DNA of 64,000 nt from NCBI RefSeq assembly GCF_006345805.1, contig NC_042998.1, positions 35,898,001 through 35,962,000 on the forward strand, read 5' to 3'. The stretch is from Octopus sinensis (lineage: Eukaryota). The notes beneath the pieces are model-generated. The model had not been told where the DNA came from, searched no databases, and saw only the letters and a list, made by a program, of their open reading frames with translations. Both the position numbers and the translations under genes were made by a program. The stretch's first letter is position 1. Each line of letters opens with the position of its first letter. This document shows, one piece after another, positions 42,483-55,666 of the stretch.

Positions 42483-42525
42483 AAGAAGTCAAACTAAATA
42501 TGAATATTTTGAAATCCTTCTATAC

Positions 42526-42745
42526 CAGTGGTTTTCAACCAGGGTTCCGCGGAACCTTAGGGTTCTGCCAGTACAGTCCAGGGGTTCCGCAAGAAGTTAC
42601 AAAATTGCTAAAATCGGCAGTAGTTTTTAATTCTCCTGTGCAGATATGTGTGCATAAGACTATTAAAATTATTGCGCAGGGGTTCCTCAAGCCAGTGGAA
42701 TGTTTCCTTGGGGTTCCGCTCCAGCAAAAAGTTTGAAAAGCACTG
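42526..42745. mobile_element. hAT-type MITE
   Basis: cagtggttttcaac / gtttgaaaagcactg termini and a perfect 8-bp TSD ttctatac (42518-42525 / 42746-42753). Confidence 0.9.
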
Positions 42746-42782
42746 TTCTATACGCACGTTTCAGATTTGCATAATTTAGGGA

Positions 42783-44780
42783 ATGCACACTATGTGTATT
42801 CATGTGTGCGTGCGTGTGTATACACGTGTGTGTGTGAATATGTGTATACACGTGTGTATGTGTGTAGACGTGTGTGTGTGTGTGAATATGTATTTACATG
42901 TGTGTGTGTGTGAATATGTATATACATGTGTGCGTGTGAATATGTATATACATGTATGTGTGAATATGTATATACATGTATGTGTGAATATGTATATACA
43001 TGTGTGTGCGAATATGTATATACATGTGTGTGTATGAATATGTATATACATGTGTGTATGAAAATGTATATACATGTGTGTGTGTGAATATGTATATACA
43101 TGTGTGTGTGAATATGTATATACATGTGTGTGTGTGAATATGTATATAAATATGTGTGTGTGAATATGTATATGCATGTGTATGTGTGAATATGTATATA
43201 CATGTGTGTGTGTGAATATGTATATACATGTGTATGTGTGAATATGTATATACATGTGTGTGTGTGAATATGTATATACATGTGTATGTGTGAATATGTA
43301 TATACATGTGTGTGTGTGAATATGTATATACATGTGTATGTGTGAATATGTATATACATGTGGTGTGTGTGAATATGTATATACATGTATGTGTGAATAT
43401 GCATATACATGTATGTGTGAATATGTATATACATGTGTGTGTGAATATGTATATACATGTGTGTGTATGAATATGTATATACATGTGTGTGCATGAAAAT
43501 GTATATAAATATGTGTGTGTGAATATGTATATGCATGTGTATGTGTGAATATGTATATACATGTGTGTGTGTGAATATGTATATACATGTGTATGTGTGA
43601 ATATGTATATACATGTGTGTGTGAATATGTATATACATGTATGTGTGTGAATATGTATATACATGTGTGTGTGTGAATTTGTATATACATGTGTATGTGT
43701 GTGTGAATATGTATATACATGTGTATGTGTGTGTGAATATGTATACACGTGTGTGTGAATATGTATATGTGTGTGTGTGAATGTATATACATGTGTGTGT
43801 CTGAATATGTATAATACATGTTCTTTTATTCTTTTACTTGTTTCAGTCATTTGACTGCGGCCATGCTGGAGCACACACCACATGTGTGTTTGAATATGTA
43901 TATACATGTGTGTATGTGTGTAGACATATGTGTATGAATATGTATATACATGTTTGTGTGTGCGAATATGTATATACATGTGTGTGTATGAAAATGTATA
44001 TACATATGTGTGTGTGAATATGTATATACATGTGTGTGTGTGAATATGTATATACGTGTATGTGTGTGTGTGAATATATATATACATGTGTGTGTGTGTG
44101 AATATGTATATACATGTGTGTGTGTGAATTTTTATATACATGTGTGCGGGTGAATATATATATACATGTGTGTGTGTGTGAATATGTATATGCATGTGTG
44201 TGTGAATGTATATACATGTGTGTGTATGAATATGTATAATACATGTCCTTTTGTTCTTTTACTTGTTTCAGTCATTTGACTGTGGTCATGCTGGAGCACA
44301 CACCACATGTATGTGTGAATATGTATATACATGTGTGTATGTGTGTGTGTGTGTAGACATATGTGTATGAATATGTATATACACGTGTGTGTGTGCGAAT
44401 ATGTATATACATGTGTGTGTGTGTGTGTGAATGTGTATACACCTGTGTGTATGAATATGTATACACGTGTGTGTGTGAATATGTATATACATGTGTGTGT
44501 GTGTGTGAATGTGTATACACCTGTGTGTATGAATATGTATACACGTGTGTGTGTGAATATGTATATACATGTGTGTGTGTGTGTGTGAATGTGTATACAC
44601 CTGTGTGTATGAATATGTATACACGTGTGTGTGTGAATATGTATATACATGTGTGTGTGTGTGTGTGTGGTGTGAATATGTATATACATGTGTGTGTGTG
44701 TGTGTGTGTGTGTGAATATGTATGCATGTGTGTGTGTGAATATGTATATGCATGTGTGTGTATGTGTGTGTGTGAATATG
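42783..44780. repeat. Degenerate minisatellite (gtgaatatgtatatacatgtgtgtgt-like units)
   Basis: Direct reading; contains two SINE-A tail fragments near 43820 and 44245. Confidence 0.93.
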
Positions 44781-45762
44781 TCTAGGGTAATATTCCTACA
44801 ATTCCATCGAGAGTGGAGGCGTCACAGCACCAACGTTCGGTGTTCGTGTCGGAGAAATTGGCTTATCTACACAACTGTGCCTCCTCCGACTTTGTTTCCT
44901 TACAAGTTCCAGAAAATGGTATTTTTTAAAGAAATTCTCTACAAACACGCTTCAGATGCTATAGATTCCGATTACACCGGAATTTATTGTGAAAAACTGT
45001 TTTCCAAGGGTTTGGGTGAAGAATTTCGGAAAATTCACCGGAGTCGGTTTGTTTCCACATGACTTTTGGAAAAATGGATATTTTTTCGTGAGATTCTCCA
45101 GAAATATTTCCCAGGGTGTGTAAATTACGATTGTATCGGAATTTTAGGTGAAAAATGAAATTGTTGGGAATGCACCCGTACATACCGACACATATCAAAA
45201 TTTTTTCCAAAATTTCGAATTTTATTTTATAGATATATGTGATGTGTGTCACTATATACGCATGCGCACTCACCAATTCTTTTTTTTTTCACCTTAAATT
45301 CCGATATAATCGTAATCTACACACTCTGAAAGGTATTTATAGTAAATTTCATTAAGAAATGTCCAATATTCTGAATGTTATGAGGAAACAAATCCGACTC
45401 ATTGAATTTACCATGTCTCCTTTCCCAACCATCGGAGAAAAAAAAACATCTCACCAAATTCTGAAATAACTGGAATCTACATCCTCTGAAGCGTATATTC
45501 TTTTTATTCTTTTTACTTGTTTCAGTCATTTGATTGTGGCCATGCTGGAGCACCGCCTTTAGTTGAAGAAATCGACCCTAGGACTTATTCTTTGTAAGCC
45601 TAGTATTTAGTAAACACACCAACATTGGTCGTCAAGCCAGGTGGGTGGAGAACACACACACAAAGCTAATCCAAACATGAAAACACAAAGAGAAAACACA
45701 ACAGCACGAGGACGTGGAACAAGTATAGTGTTATTGGACGCTCAAGAAAGGAAAGAAGGAGG

Positions 45763-45797
45763 ATTTAACGTTTCGAGCGGAGCTCTTCGTCAGAAAC
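45763..45797 (-). ncRNA. Candidate minimal hammerhead ribozyme
   Basis: Minus strand: gttt CTGACGA a gagc-tcc-gctc GAAA CG TT aaat. Confidence 0.6.
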
Positions 45798-46063
45798 ATA
45801 GGAAAAAGAAAGATCCAAGGAAGGGAAGACGGAGGAAAAAATCGCCAACGGTACACACGCAGTCGGGCTTCTTTCAGTTTCTGTTTACCAAATCCACTAA
45901 CAATAGCCCGATGCTATAGCAGAAAACACTTGCCCAAGGTGCCAAGCTGTGGGACTGAAACCGGAACAATGTGATTGGAAAGCAAGCTTCTTACCACACA
46001 ACCACTCTTGCACCTATATATATATTATATATATATATATATTATATATATATATAATATATT

Positions 46064-46129
<66 letters not shown>

Positions 46130-46817
46130 GTATGTGTATGTCATCATTTAATCCTTTCATTACCAAGGGTTAAAGTCTGTTTTCCATGCTGGCACAGGTT
46201 GTACACTTTGACAGGAGATGTGGAAAGTTTCATTAAAGACTACCCATTTGTTTCTGGACAGTATGAGGAAACAAAGTCGAGGATGGAGCACACTTGTGTT
46301 GGTAAGTCGGAGAAATTAATGCGTTGCCTCTTCATTGCTGATGTTGGCAAAACGTCCCTCTTTCCTGCTGCACAGTATTTTTCACCTGCGTGTGTGTGGT
46401 GGGAGGGTGGTAGTGCTGACAGTTCCGCAAACCAACCGTTTTTACCGTTTCTGCAGCGATTTCCTCTGTTCTACAACTAGCGATTCTTTTGTTGATTTTC
46501 CTGATATTGAAGTCTATTCTCTGCTGAGGTTAAAATCTCTGCAAATAAGGAAAAAAGGTCCACTGCAGTTCGTTCCGTTGTCGGTCAGGTACCTCCAGAG
46601 CCAGCGCTATACAATTCCTTACACAGGGGTACAAAGTCAGAAATTTTAGGGAAGGGATCAGTTAATCCCATCGATCCCAGTACTTGATTGATACTTTATC
46701 GATCCCAAAGCAAAATTGATCTCAGTTGGATCTGAATACAGAATGTAAAGGGCGAGCACAAATACTACAATTCTTTGTTGTAGTTGTAGGAGGAGGAGCA
46801 GTAGAAGCAGCAGCAGC

Positions 46818-46865
<48 letters not shown>

Positions 46866-47513
46866 GGTGGTGGTGAAATCAAATCTTAGAAACTGTTTGA
46901 CTATATATTTCTGTTCGCTTTTTTTCTTTGCAATTTCATTCAAGAAAAACGTGTCGCTAACAAGTAAAAAGTCTAATACTATATTCGTGGATAAATATCT
47001 AACACGTGTGTCTATTTTCTCCACCCCGCTGCGCCCACCTCCTTATCTAAATCTGCTTCCTTCCACGACGTTCTCGTAGAAACCAATGTACATGCTTGCT
47101 TAATAATTCACTGCTACAAAATCCTTCTCTTATTACTGTTAATTCGTTGAGGGTTAACAATTCTTATTTCTGACGCGTCAACACAAATTTCTATTTAAGT
47201 CTACAAAACAGGAAAAAAATATCTTGTTTGGCTTAGATTTTTTTTTACATTGGAAGAAAGTAAGTTACAAAAGAAAAAAAGAAATTTTTTCCACATAAAA
47301 TGTCATTTAGTTTCCGATATTTTTGTATATGATTAAATGCCTTTTTTATGGTATTTATAGATCTCTATATATATATATATACCATATATATACCAAAAAA
47401 AATATATATATACCATATATATATTTTTATATATGGTATATATATATATACTATATATATATATTTATGGTATTTATAGATCTATATATATATATACCAT
47501 ATATATACCAAAA

Positions 47514-47545
<32 letters not shown>

Positions 47546-47682
47546 CATATATTATCATATATATATATATATAGATATACCATATATTACCATATATATA
47601 TATAAATATATATGGTCATATATATTTTTTATCAGTAAAAAATACAACCTCCGCCACCAGAAAGTGAATATAGCGTGGTATA

Positions 47683-48240
47683 CCTACACAAGTGCCCCCC
47701 CCCCCGCCCTACCGACTTCGTCTCCTCATAACTGCCAGAAAAATGGATATTTTTTTTTTACAAGAAATTCTCTACAAATACACTTCAGATATGGCGTAGA
47801 TTCCGATTTTATCGGAATTTGTTGTGAAAAATGTTCGTGTGTGTGAAGAGAGGGAGTTTCTGAATATTCAGAGCGTGCACATTACGATTATGCAGGAAAG
47901 AAAAAATGGTGAGTTGACGCCATTTTCGAGATTCAAGATTCATTTTGTAGCTACATATGATGTGTGTCGGTATATTTTGTTAATATTAGATCCTAATATA
48001 ATCGCAAGGGATTTGTGGAAAATTTCATCAAAAGATACGCATTTCTCTGAAAGAAACAAACCCAGCACGTGTGAATTTTCCGACCCCCCCCCCACACTCC
48101 ATAAAAATTTTCTCACAAGAAATTCTGATATAATTGGAATCCTCACCATCTAAAGCGTATTTGCAGAAAATTTCATTAAAAAATATTCATTTTTCAGGAA
48201 GTTATGAGGTAACAAAGTCGTGGGGGCACATTTGTGTAGG
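47683..48240. mobile_element. Old long-TIR MITE (imperfect arms of about 140 bp); related copy at about 44870-45420
   Basis: cctacaca...cctcataact...gaaattctctacaaatac mirrored at the right end (...gttatgagg...tgtgtagg). Confidence 0.7.
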
Positions 48241-48467
48241 TCTGCCTTTAGTGTGAGGAGACAACGAATGTAAATACTGTGAGCTGAAGAACATCTCTAA
48301 ACCGAAGCGATCCAAGCGATTAGAAGACCAAATCTCCCGGCAGAGACGAGGGTTTATAATCTAAAAGCTAGAAGCGAAGGAGATGACTTCGATAATATGA
48401 AACAATCGGAATTTTTAGAAAATAATGACGATGTAATTCGGAGTGGATCTTGTCTGAAGTGGTGAAA

Positions 48468-48510
48468 GCAACAGACATGTTTCGACCTTTTTAGACCTCC
48501 TCAGTGTAGC
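48468..48510 (-). ncRNA. Candidate minimal hammerhead ribozyme
   Basis: Minus strand: gctaca CTGAGGA ggtct-aaaa-aggtc GAAA CATG TC tgttgc. Stem I 5 of 6 pairs, GUC triplet, palindromic ACAUGU. Confidence 0.65.
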
Positions 48511-48561
48511 AAATTCTGATCAGGTGATAATGACGGGAAGTAACCCAGCATATATAAATAT

Positions 48562-48609
<48 letters not shown>

Positions 48610-50940
48610 ATCAAAATAAGCAACAAGGATATCCAAAGGTAATGCAGTACGATCGTTTCATGCGACTCCATTTAATTAAACAATGCAAGTAGTACATCAT
48701 GAGCCGATCAACGGAACAGCCAGCATATGAAATTAACGCGCAAGTGGCTGAGTACTCCACAGACACATGTACACTTTAATGTAGTTCTCAGAGAGATTCA
48801 GTATGACACAGAATGTGCCAAGGCTGGCCCCGTTTGAATTATAAGGGCAACTCATTTTTGCCATCTGAGTGGAATCGAGCAACGGGAAATAAATTGACTT
48901 ACTCAAGATATCGAACTCACGGCCTTAGGATATGGAGACGAATACCCCTCATCACTAAGCAATGGGCCTTCGCCTATAAATACTTATTTCAAAAACTAAA
49001 ACCCAATCTTACATGTAAGTAACACTACAATTACAGGACTATCAATGAGAGGAAAACTTCACACATCCGTTTAAAAAGATTTATTGTCACTGGGGCAAGC
49101 CGTTAAACGGGCAAAGCTTAACCCACTGGGGTAAACCTTTAATAAGGCTTTACTAAGCTGCTCGACTTGCTAAAAATATCAGCCAACAGTCCTTCAAAGC
49201 TTGTCCCACTGGATGAAGCCTTTAACAATGCTTTAAGAAGTTTCTGGACTGGCTACAAATAGTAGTCAAATGTCCCTCAAATCACCGCGTAACGCCTTGA
49301 AAAAAAAAGTGATACGTTGAATAATGTCTCCAAAATAAAATTTAACATAAGTACAAGGCCAGAAGTCGGAAGAATCGTTTATACTGATTCCAATACTTGA
49401 GTGTATTATTAACCTCGGAAGAGAGAAAATCGAAGTTGGCCTCGGCAGCATTCGAACGCAAAACGCAAAAATTACTGTAAGACAATAGTACATCAGCCGC
49501 TCAAACAATTTTGTCCCCGAAGCAGCTCTCGGTTCAAGCTTTGAGCTCGAGTTCGAAGAATCGCGTCAAGTCTGCCACACAGACACTTTCCCTCCACCGT
49601 CCATTATCCAGCTAGACAAGGATTTGACGGTTCTTACCGGTTCTGTTGTCAATCAATAATCACAAGACTTTATTCTTCGTCCAATCCACGCAGTTGTAAC
49701 GAAGGTACCACATCGCAGACTCAGGGAAGCAACTAGACATTTTTTTTCTTTCCGATGTGTAAGAGAAACTTACGTTTCCTACGGAACATCCACAGTATTT
49801 TGTAAAATATTGATTTTATCGATGTGGAAACAAGAGGTGCAAGGTTGGGATGCACGGGGTGAAAGCGACTCCCCTGTTCCCTTACGAAATGTTTTTTGGG
49901 GGACAATGGGGACAATGAAAGCGCTTTGAAATCCTCTTGAAAAATCACATCACCAAAAAGATTGAGCATAAAAAACATTTTCAGATGATTTGAAACATTA
50001 TTTTCCCATTCGTGGCTTTGAGATGTACAAAGGTAATAATAACATTTATTATTACACCTGTGTTTCTTTTGATATTAAGATTGGGAAAAAATCGAGCTTG
50101 TTTGTAAAAAAAAATGGAACTTCGTTTGCACCCCTTAAGCAAATTTCGTTCCCGTACTTACGTGGCTACGGGTATAAATAAGAACTTTATGAAAAGCTTA
50201 CAAATGTTGACTCCATACCAATTCCTCAGTAATAGACACGCCTCTCTCTCTCTTTCTCCCCATCCCTCTCTCTTGCTATCTCCATCTCTCTCTCCCTCTT
50301 TCTCTGTCTCTCTCTCTCCCTCTCTGTGCTTGAGCGCCAAAAGTTTGTATGTACATTTGTAAATGAAATGCAATCTTTCTTTGCATCATGTCTGTAAATC
50401 AACGATTTCAGCAATTTAGATCACGTTTTACTGGTTTTCTTTTTCCTCGAAAATGTAACATAAGAAATAAAACAAAATAACTTTAATCAGTCGAAGACAG
50501 ACTGAGAAAAAAATTCTTTCTTTTTCCTTTTTTTCGTTTTTTTTTTCCTTCTCGATATGATATATCTTTGGCATGAAAGAAACATTACGTTCCCTCTATA
50601 TTTATTGAAACAAATAGCCTTCAACGATAAAAACAATATCAACAGCAGATAATAAACAAATATATAAAGAAATATAACATGCAATAAATAATTAAATATA
50701 AACACAAAGAAAAAAAATGAAAGAAAACAATTTCGAGCAGTTTCAGACTCTTAAGAATTATTATTAATGTTGCTGAGATGCTGTTGCCGGTTTGTATTTC
50801 TGGCAACTGTGACAAATTCTACCGATTTGAGTCACTGGAATGCGGCTATACTGCGGTTTCGCCTTTAAGGGTTTCGATCGATAGATTCCAACACTTACTT
50901 CAGTCTGTTATTTATTTCTAATTCAACATGTGCAACCGTT

Positions 50941-51545
50941 AATCTGGAAACGATTCTTTTCTTCTTCTTCTTCTTCTTCTTCTCTTCTTCTTCTTCTTTT
51001 CCCCCATCCTCTCTCCATTTGTTTTCTTTCTTCATTCCTTTCTGTAGAGGAGCATAGGTTCGAAAAGTCAAAGACTTCTTCCGGTTTTCCTGAGCGTCAA
51101 AATAGTACATCCTGTTTGTCGTTCCTTCACTTGTCTCTATTTGAACCATATCTATTTTAATCTGGAAACGATTCTTCTTCTTCTTCCTCCTCTTTTTTTC
51201 TCCTCTCTCCATTTGTTTTCTTTCTTCATTCCTTTCTGTAGAGGAGCATAGGTTCGAAAAGTCAAAGACTTCTTCTGGTTTTCCTGATCGTCAAAATAGT
51301 ACATCCTGTTTGTCGTTCCTTCACTTGTCTCTTTTTGAACTATATCTATTTTAATCTGGAAACGATTCTTCTTCTTCTTCCTCTTTTTTTTCCTCCTCTC
51401 TTCATTTGTTTTCTTTCTTCATTCCTTTCTGTAGAGGAGCATAGGTTCGAAAAGTCAAAGACTCCTTCTGGTTTTCCTGATCGTCAAAATAGTACATCCT
51501 GTTTGTCGTTCCTTCACTTGTCTCTTTTTGAACCATATCTATTTT
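50941..51545 (+). repeat. Three tandem copies of a unit of about 194-218 bp
   Basis: aatctggaaacgattct at 50941, 51159 and 51353; units differ mainly in a (TTC)n tract. Confidence 0.92.
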
Positions 51546-51912
51546 ACTGATCTCCATTGAGGGTCACCTACTGGCATAAAGGGACGCAACTCGAAGACAC
51601 CCCCCACTACACGCACGTCGTAACCAAATCATTGTAAAATGCGATGCATGGAAAGGATAATGGTGAGTTTACAAAGCTACAGTGATGTGCAAAGCGTAAT
51701 GACTTATAATAGGAACATACGTTGGCTTCAAATTTTGGCACAAGGCCAGTCATTTCAGGGGAGAGGGAGTAAGTCGATTACATCGACCCCAGTACTCAAC
51801 TGGTACTTTTTAAAATTTTATCGGGCCCTGAAAAGATAAAAAAGCAAAGTCGACATCAGCGGAATTTGAACTCAGAATGTAAAGACAGACGAAATGCCGC
51901 CACCAAAACTAA

Positions 51913-51944
<32 letters not shown>

Positions 51945-52606
51945 GTACTGCTGCTTCTGCTGCTGCTACTTGTGCTGCATGCCAGTGTTATAGTGATATT
52001 GGGTGTAACCAAAAGCAGGGACGAGATCAAATGTTTTTCGCACTAAGAAATATGCTGCAATGACACAAAGTGATTCATTGTGTCTGATGTCAGTAAAAGT
52101 ACGCAGGAGATTGCAGAGGAAAAAAACAGGCAAAAAAAATATAGAAGACTGTTTAGCGGTGGTAGAGACAATTTGGGAAGAGGAAGTCGTAGAGAAAGTG
52201 TGGTAGGGGTAGAGAGAGTAGTACGGCGGTGGAGACAATATTTAAATGATGGCAGAGATAAATGTATGGTAGATTGTTGTTCAGAAGTTGGCGGTCAAAG
52301 AAACATGTCCAAAGGGAGCATGTTATCCGTAGAATTGTCTGCAGAACCATATAATCGTACGTATCTTCTTCAAGGCGGCGAGTTGATAAATTAAGTACGC
52401 AACTGGTACTTAATTTATCAAGCCTGAAAGGATGAAAGTCAAAGTCGACCTCGGCGGAATCGTTAGCACGCCGGGCGAAATGCTTCGCGGTATTTCGTCT
52501 GCCGTTACGTTCTGAGTTCAAATTCCGCCGAGGTCGACTTTGCCTTTCATCCTTTCGGGGTCACACTGATGGCATGCGCTGCTCTCTCATTCAATAATAA
52601 TAATAA

Positions 52607-52990
52607 CTAGCAGTATCGCCCAGCGTTGCTCGGGTTTGTTTTCTTTTCGACCCTTTAGAATTGGAATTTTTGAAAAGTAAAAATTTTGCATTATGTAGCT
52701 TGTTATTCTCTTTGAGTGAACATTTTTCTGGTTGAAATACACCGAAAAATGGCGACACAGCAGTCAAAAAATCGTAAAAAATCGGGTTTTTTGTAGAAAA
52801 AAGAACCTTTTTGATATAAATAATTTTTGGTGTTAACATGGTCCGATTTGAATTTGTTTCTTCTACGGAAGGAAGAGCAAACATTCTTCTATCATACTCT
52901 CAATTTTGGTCAACTTGCGCCGCAGGGTCTCGGAGTAGATAGTGTTAGATGAAGGCTACAAAACCTGCCATACACAGACAACTTCAGCTT

Positions 52991-53005
<15 letters not shown>
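52607..53005 (-). mobile_element. Non-autonomous Helitron H3
   Basis: actagcagtatcgcccagcgttgctcgggt is the reverse complement of the H1 3' end; tatatatataaagctg-type 5' end near 53000. Confidence 0.75.
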
Positions 53006-53022
<17 letters not shown>

Positions 53023-53193
53023 AATAACAATAATAATAAGTGTGGTAAGTAGCTTGCATACCAACCACATGGTTCCGGGTTCAGTCCCACTGCGTGGCAC
53101 CTTGGGCAAGTGTCTTCTACTATAGCCTTGGGCCGACCAAAGCCTTGAGTGGATTTGGTAGACGAAAACTAAAAGAAGCCCGTCGTATATATG

Positions 53194-53239
<46 letters not shown>

Positions 53240-54300
53240 TGTATGTTTGTGTGTCTGTGTTTGTCCCACTAGCATTGCTTGACAACCGATGCTGGTGTGT
53301 TTATGTCCCCGTCACTTAGCGGTTCAACAAAAGAGACCGATAGAATAAGTACTGGGCTTACAAAAGAATAAGTCCCGGGGCGTCGAGTTGCTCGACTAAA
53401 AGCAGTGCTCCAGCATGGCCGTAGTCAAATGACTGAAACGAGTAAAAGAGAAAAGAGAGAATAATAATCCTCTTTTGAGGATTTCAGATAGTGATTAACA
53501 TATTCGGATTGGACAGGCTCCATAGAATATTATCATGTGTTCGTGTGATACATCTTAAACAACACAATAAGCGACAGAGCCATTATCGTCTCAATGCACA
53601 ATTCTGTGTCTCTTTATTTACATCTCAGGTTCAAATCTTGCCAACATCAAATTTATTTTTAGCCAAGTTTGATAAAATATAAAACTCTTACACTGCATCG
53701 ATTCATCAAATTAATTCGGGTGTAGCTGAAAGTTACAGCACAAGTGTTTTCGTCACGATTCCAGTTCGACATTTTTTGCAAATTGTGCTAATAATCTATC
53801 AACGTGTCTTTTCCTGTCTCACAAACAACAATCCCAGCATCTCTCTTATCTTTTCTTGGAATGATTTGAGAAATATATCTGAAAGATTTAACTGAGACAA
53901 CGAAGTAATAATCGAGTGTTCTTTAATGCACGGCATGAGACACAGAAATGGATGTGTAGTAAGAAGTTTGCTTCTCACTCAGCCTCGTGGTTCTGGGTTC
54001 AGTCCCCCGCCAAACCCTTGCGAGTGGATTTCGTAGACGGAAACAAAGAAGACCGTCGTATGTGTGTGTGTGGTGTGTGTGTGTGTTCACCACCAACGCT
54101 TGACAACCGGTGTTGGTGTGTTCATGTCCCTGTAAATTAGCGGTTCGGCAAAGACACCGATAGAAGTACAAGGCTTAACGAAACAAGTACTAGGGTTGCT
54201 CCGTTCAAACAAAATCCTTCAAGACAATGCCCCAGCATGGCCGCAGTGTAATGACTGAGACAAGTAAAAGAAGACACACACACGCACACACACACATACA

Positions 54301-55170
54301 CAAGGTCTGGTCAATAAGTATCCAGACTGTTGCCATAGTAACGAAGTTAAAGCATGCAGAGTGAAGCTGCTTGGCACAGATTGATCTTGAACTCTTCTGT
54401 GCATGCGCACTAAGTTTTAATGTTCTAGCTCACTTCTGCTGTTTACAGCAGTGCTTGGAAGGAAGGTGTATAGCGTGTGATTGTAGCATTGACCGTGACA
54501 GAGAAAGTTGTCATGGTGATACCTGCCCAACGGCCTACGCAAAGCTGCAGAAAGTGTATGGGGAGGGGGTGTATGAGTCGCACACAGGTGTACGAGTGGT
54601 TCAGACGTTTCCAAGATGGACAAAAAAAAAATGTTGATATTGACGAAAGTTCTGGGAGACCCGCAACCAGCACAACTGAGAAATAATATCACAGATGTGC
54701 GTGCAGCTGTGACGGGAAATCGTCGAATCACCATCCGTGAGTTATGAGAGGATGTGCAGATTAGTTACGGTTCAGTTCTGTTCATTATCACTGAAGATTT
54801 GGGTATGAGACCCGTGTCTGCCAAGTTTGTGCCAAAACTGCTTTCAGCTGACAAAAAATACACACGGGTTTCAGTTGTGCAAAATCTTTTTGACTGTGTC
54901 GAGAATGAGAAAACTTTTTTGAAAACTTTGCGTAGGCCTGAGAGCAGGCATCGCCAAGCTTTTGGCAAAATTTGATGCAGATTCTCTACTCATCTTTCTC
55001 TGTCATGGTCTATGCGACGATCACACGCTACACACGTTCCTTCCAAACACTGCTGTAAGCAGCAGAAGTTAAAATTTAGGGCGCACGTACAGCAGGGTTT
55101 AAAGTCAATCTGTACCAAGCGGCTTTACTCTGCGTGCTTTTGCTTCATTACTATAGCAACAGCCCGGATA
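54301..55170 (+). mobile_element. Internally deleted mariner element with two 5' ends
   Basis: QVYEWFRRFQDG...DESSGRP and DLGMRPVSAKFVPKLL; 54926-55170 is an inverted copy of 54319-54544. Confidence 0.85.
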
Positions 55171-55175
55171 TATAT

Positions 55176-55222
<47 letters not shown>

Positions 55223-55248
55223 ATATATATATATACATATATATATAC

Positions 55249-55294
<46 letters not shown>

Positions 55295-55541
55295 ATATAC
55301 ATATATATACATATACATATATACACATATATATATACATACATATATATATACATACATATATATATATACATACATATACATACATATATATATATAT
55401 ATATACATATATATACATATACATACATATATATATACATATATATACATATACATATACATATACATACATAGATATATATATATACATATATATATAT
55501 ATACATATACATACATATACATATATATATATACATATATA

Positions 55542-55605
<64 letters not shown>

Positions 55606-55666
55606 TATATACATATATATATATAGATATACATATATATTTATAGATATATATATATACATATAT

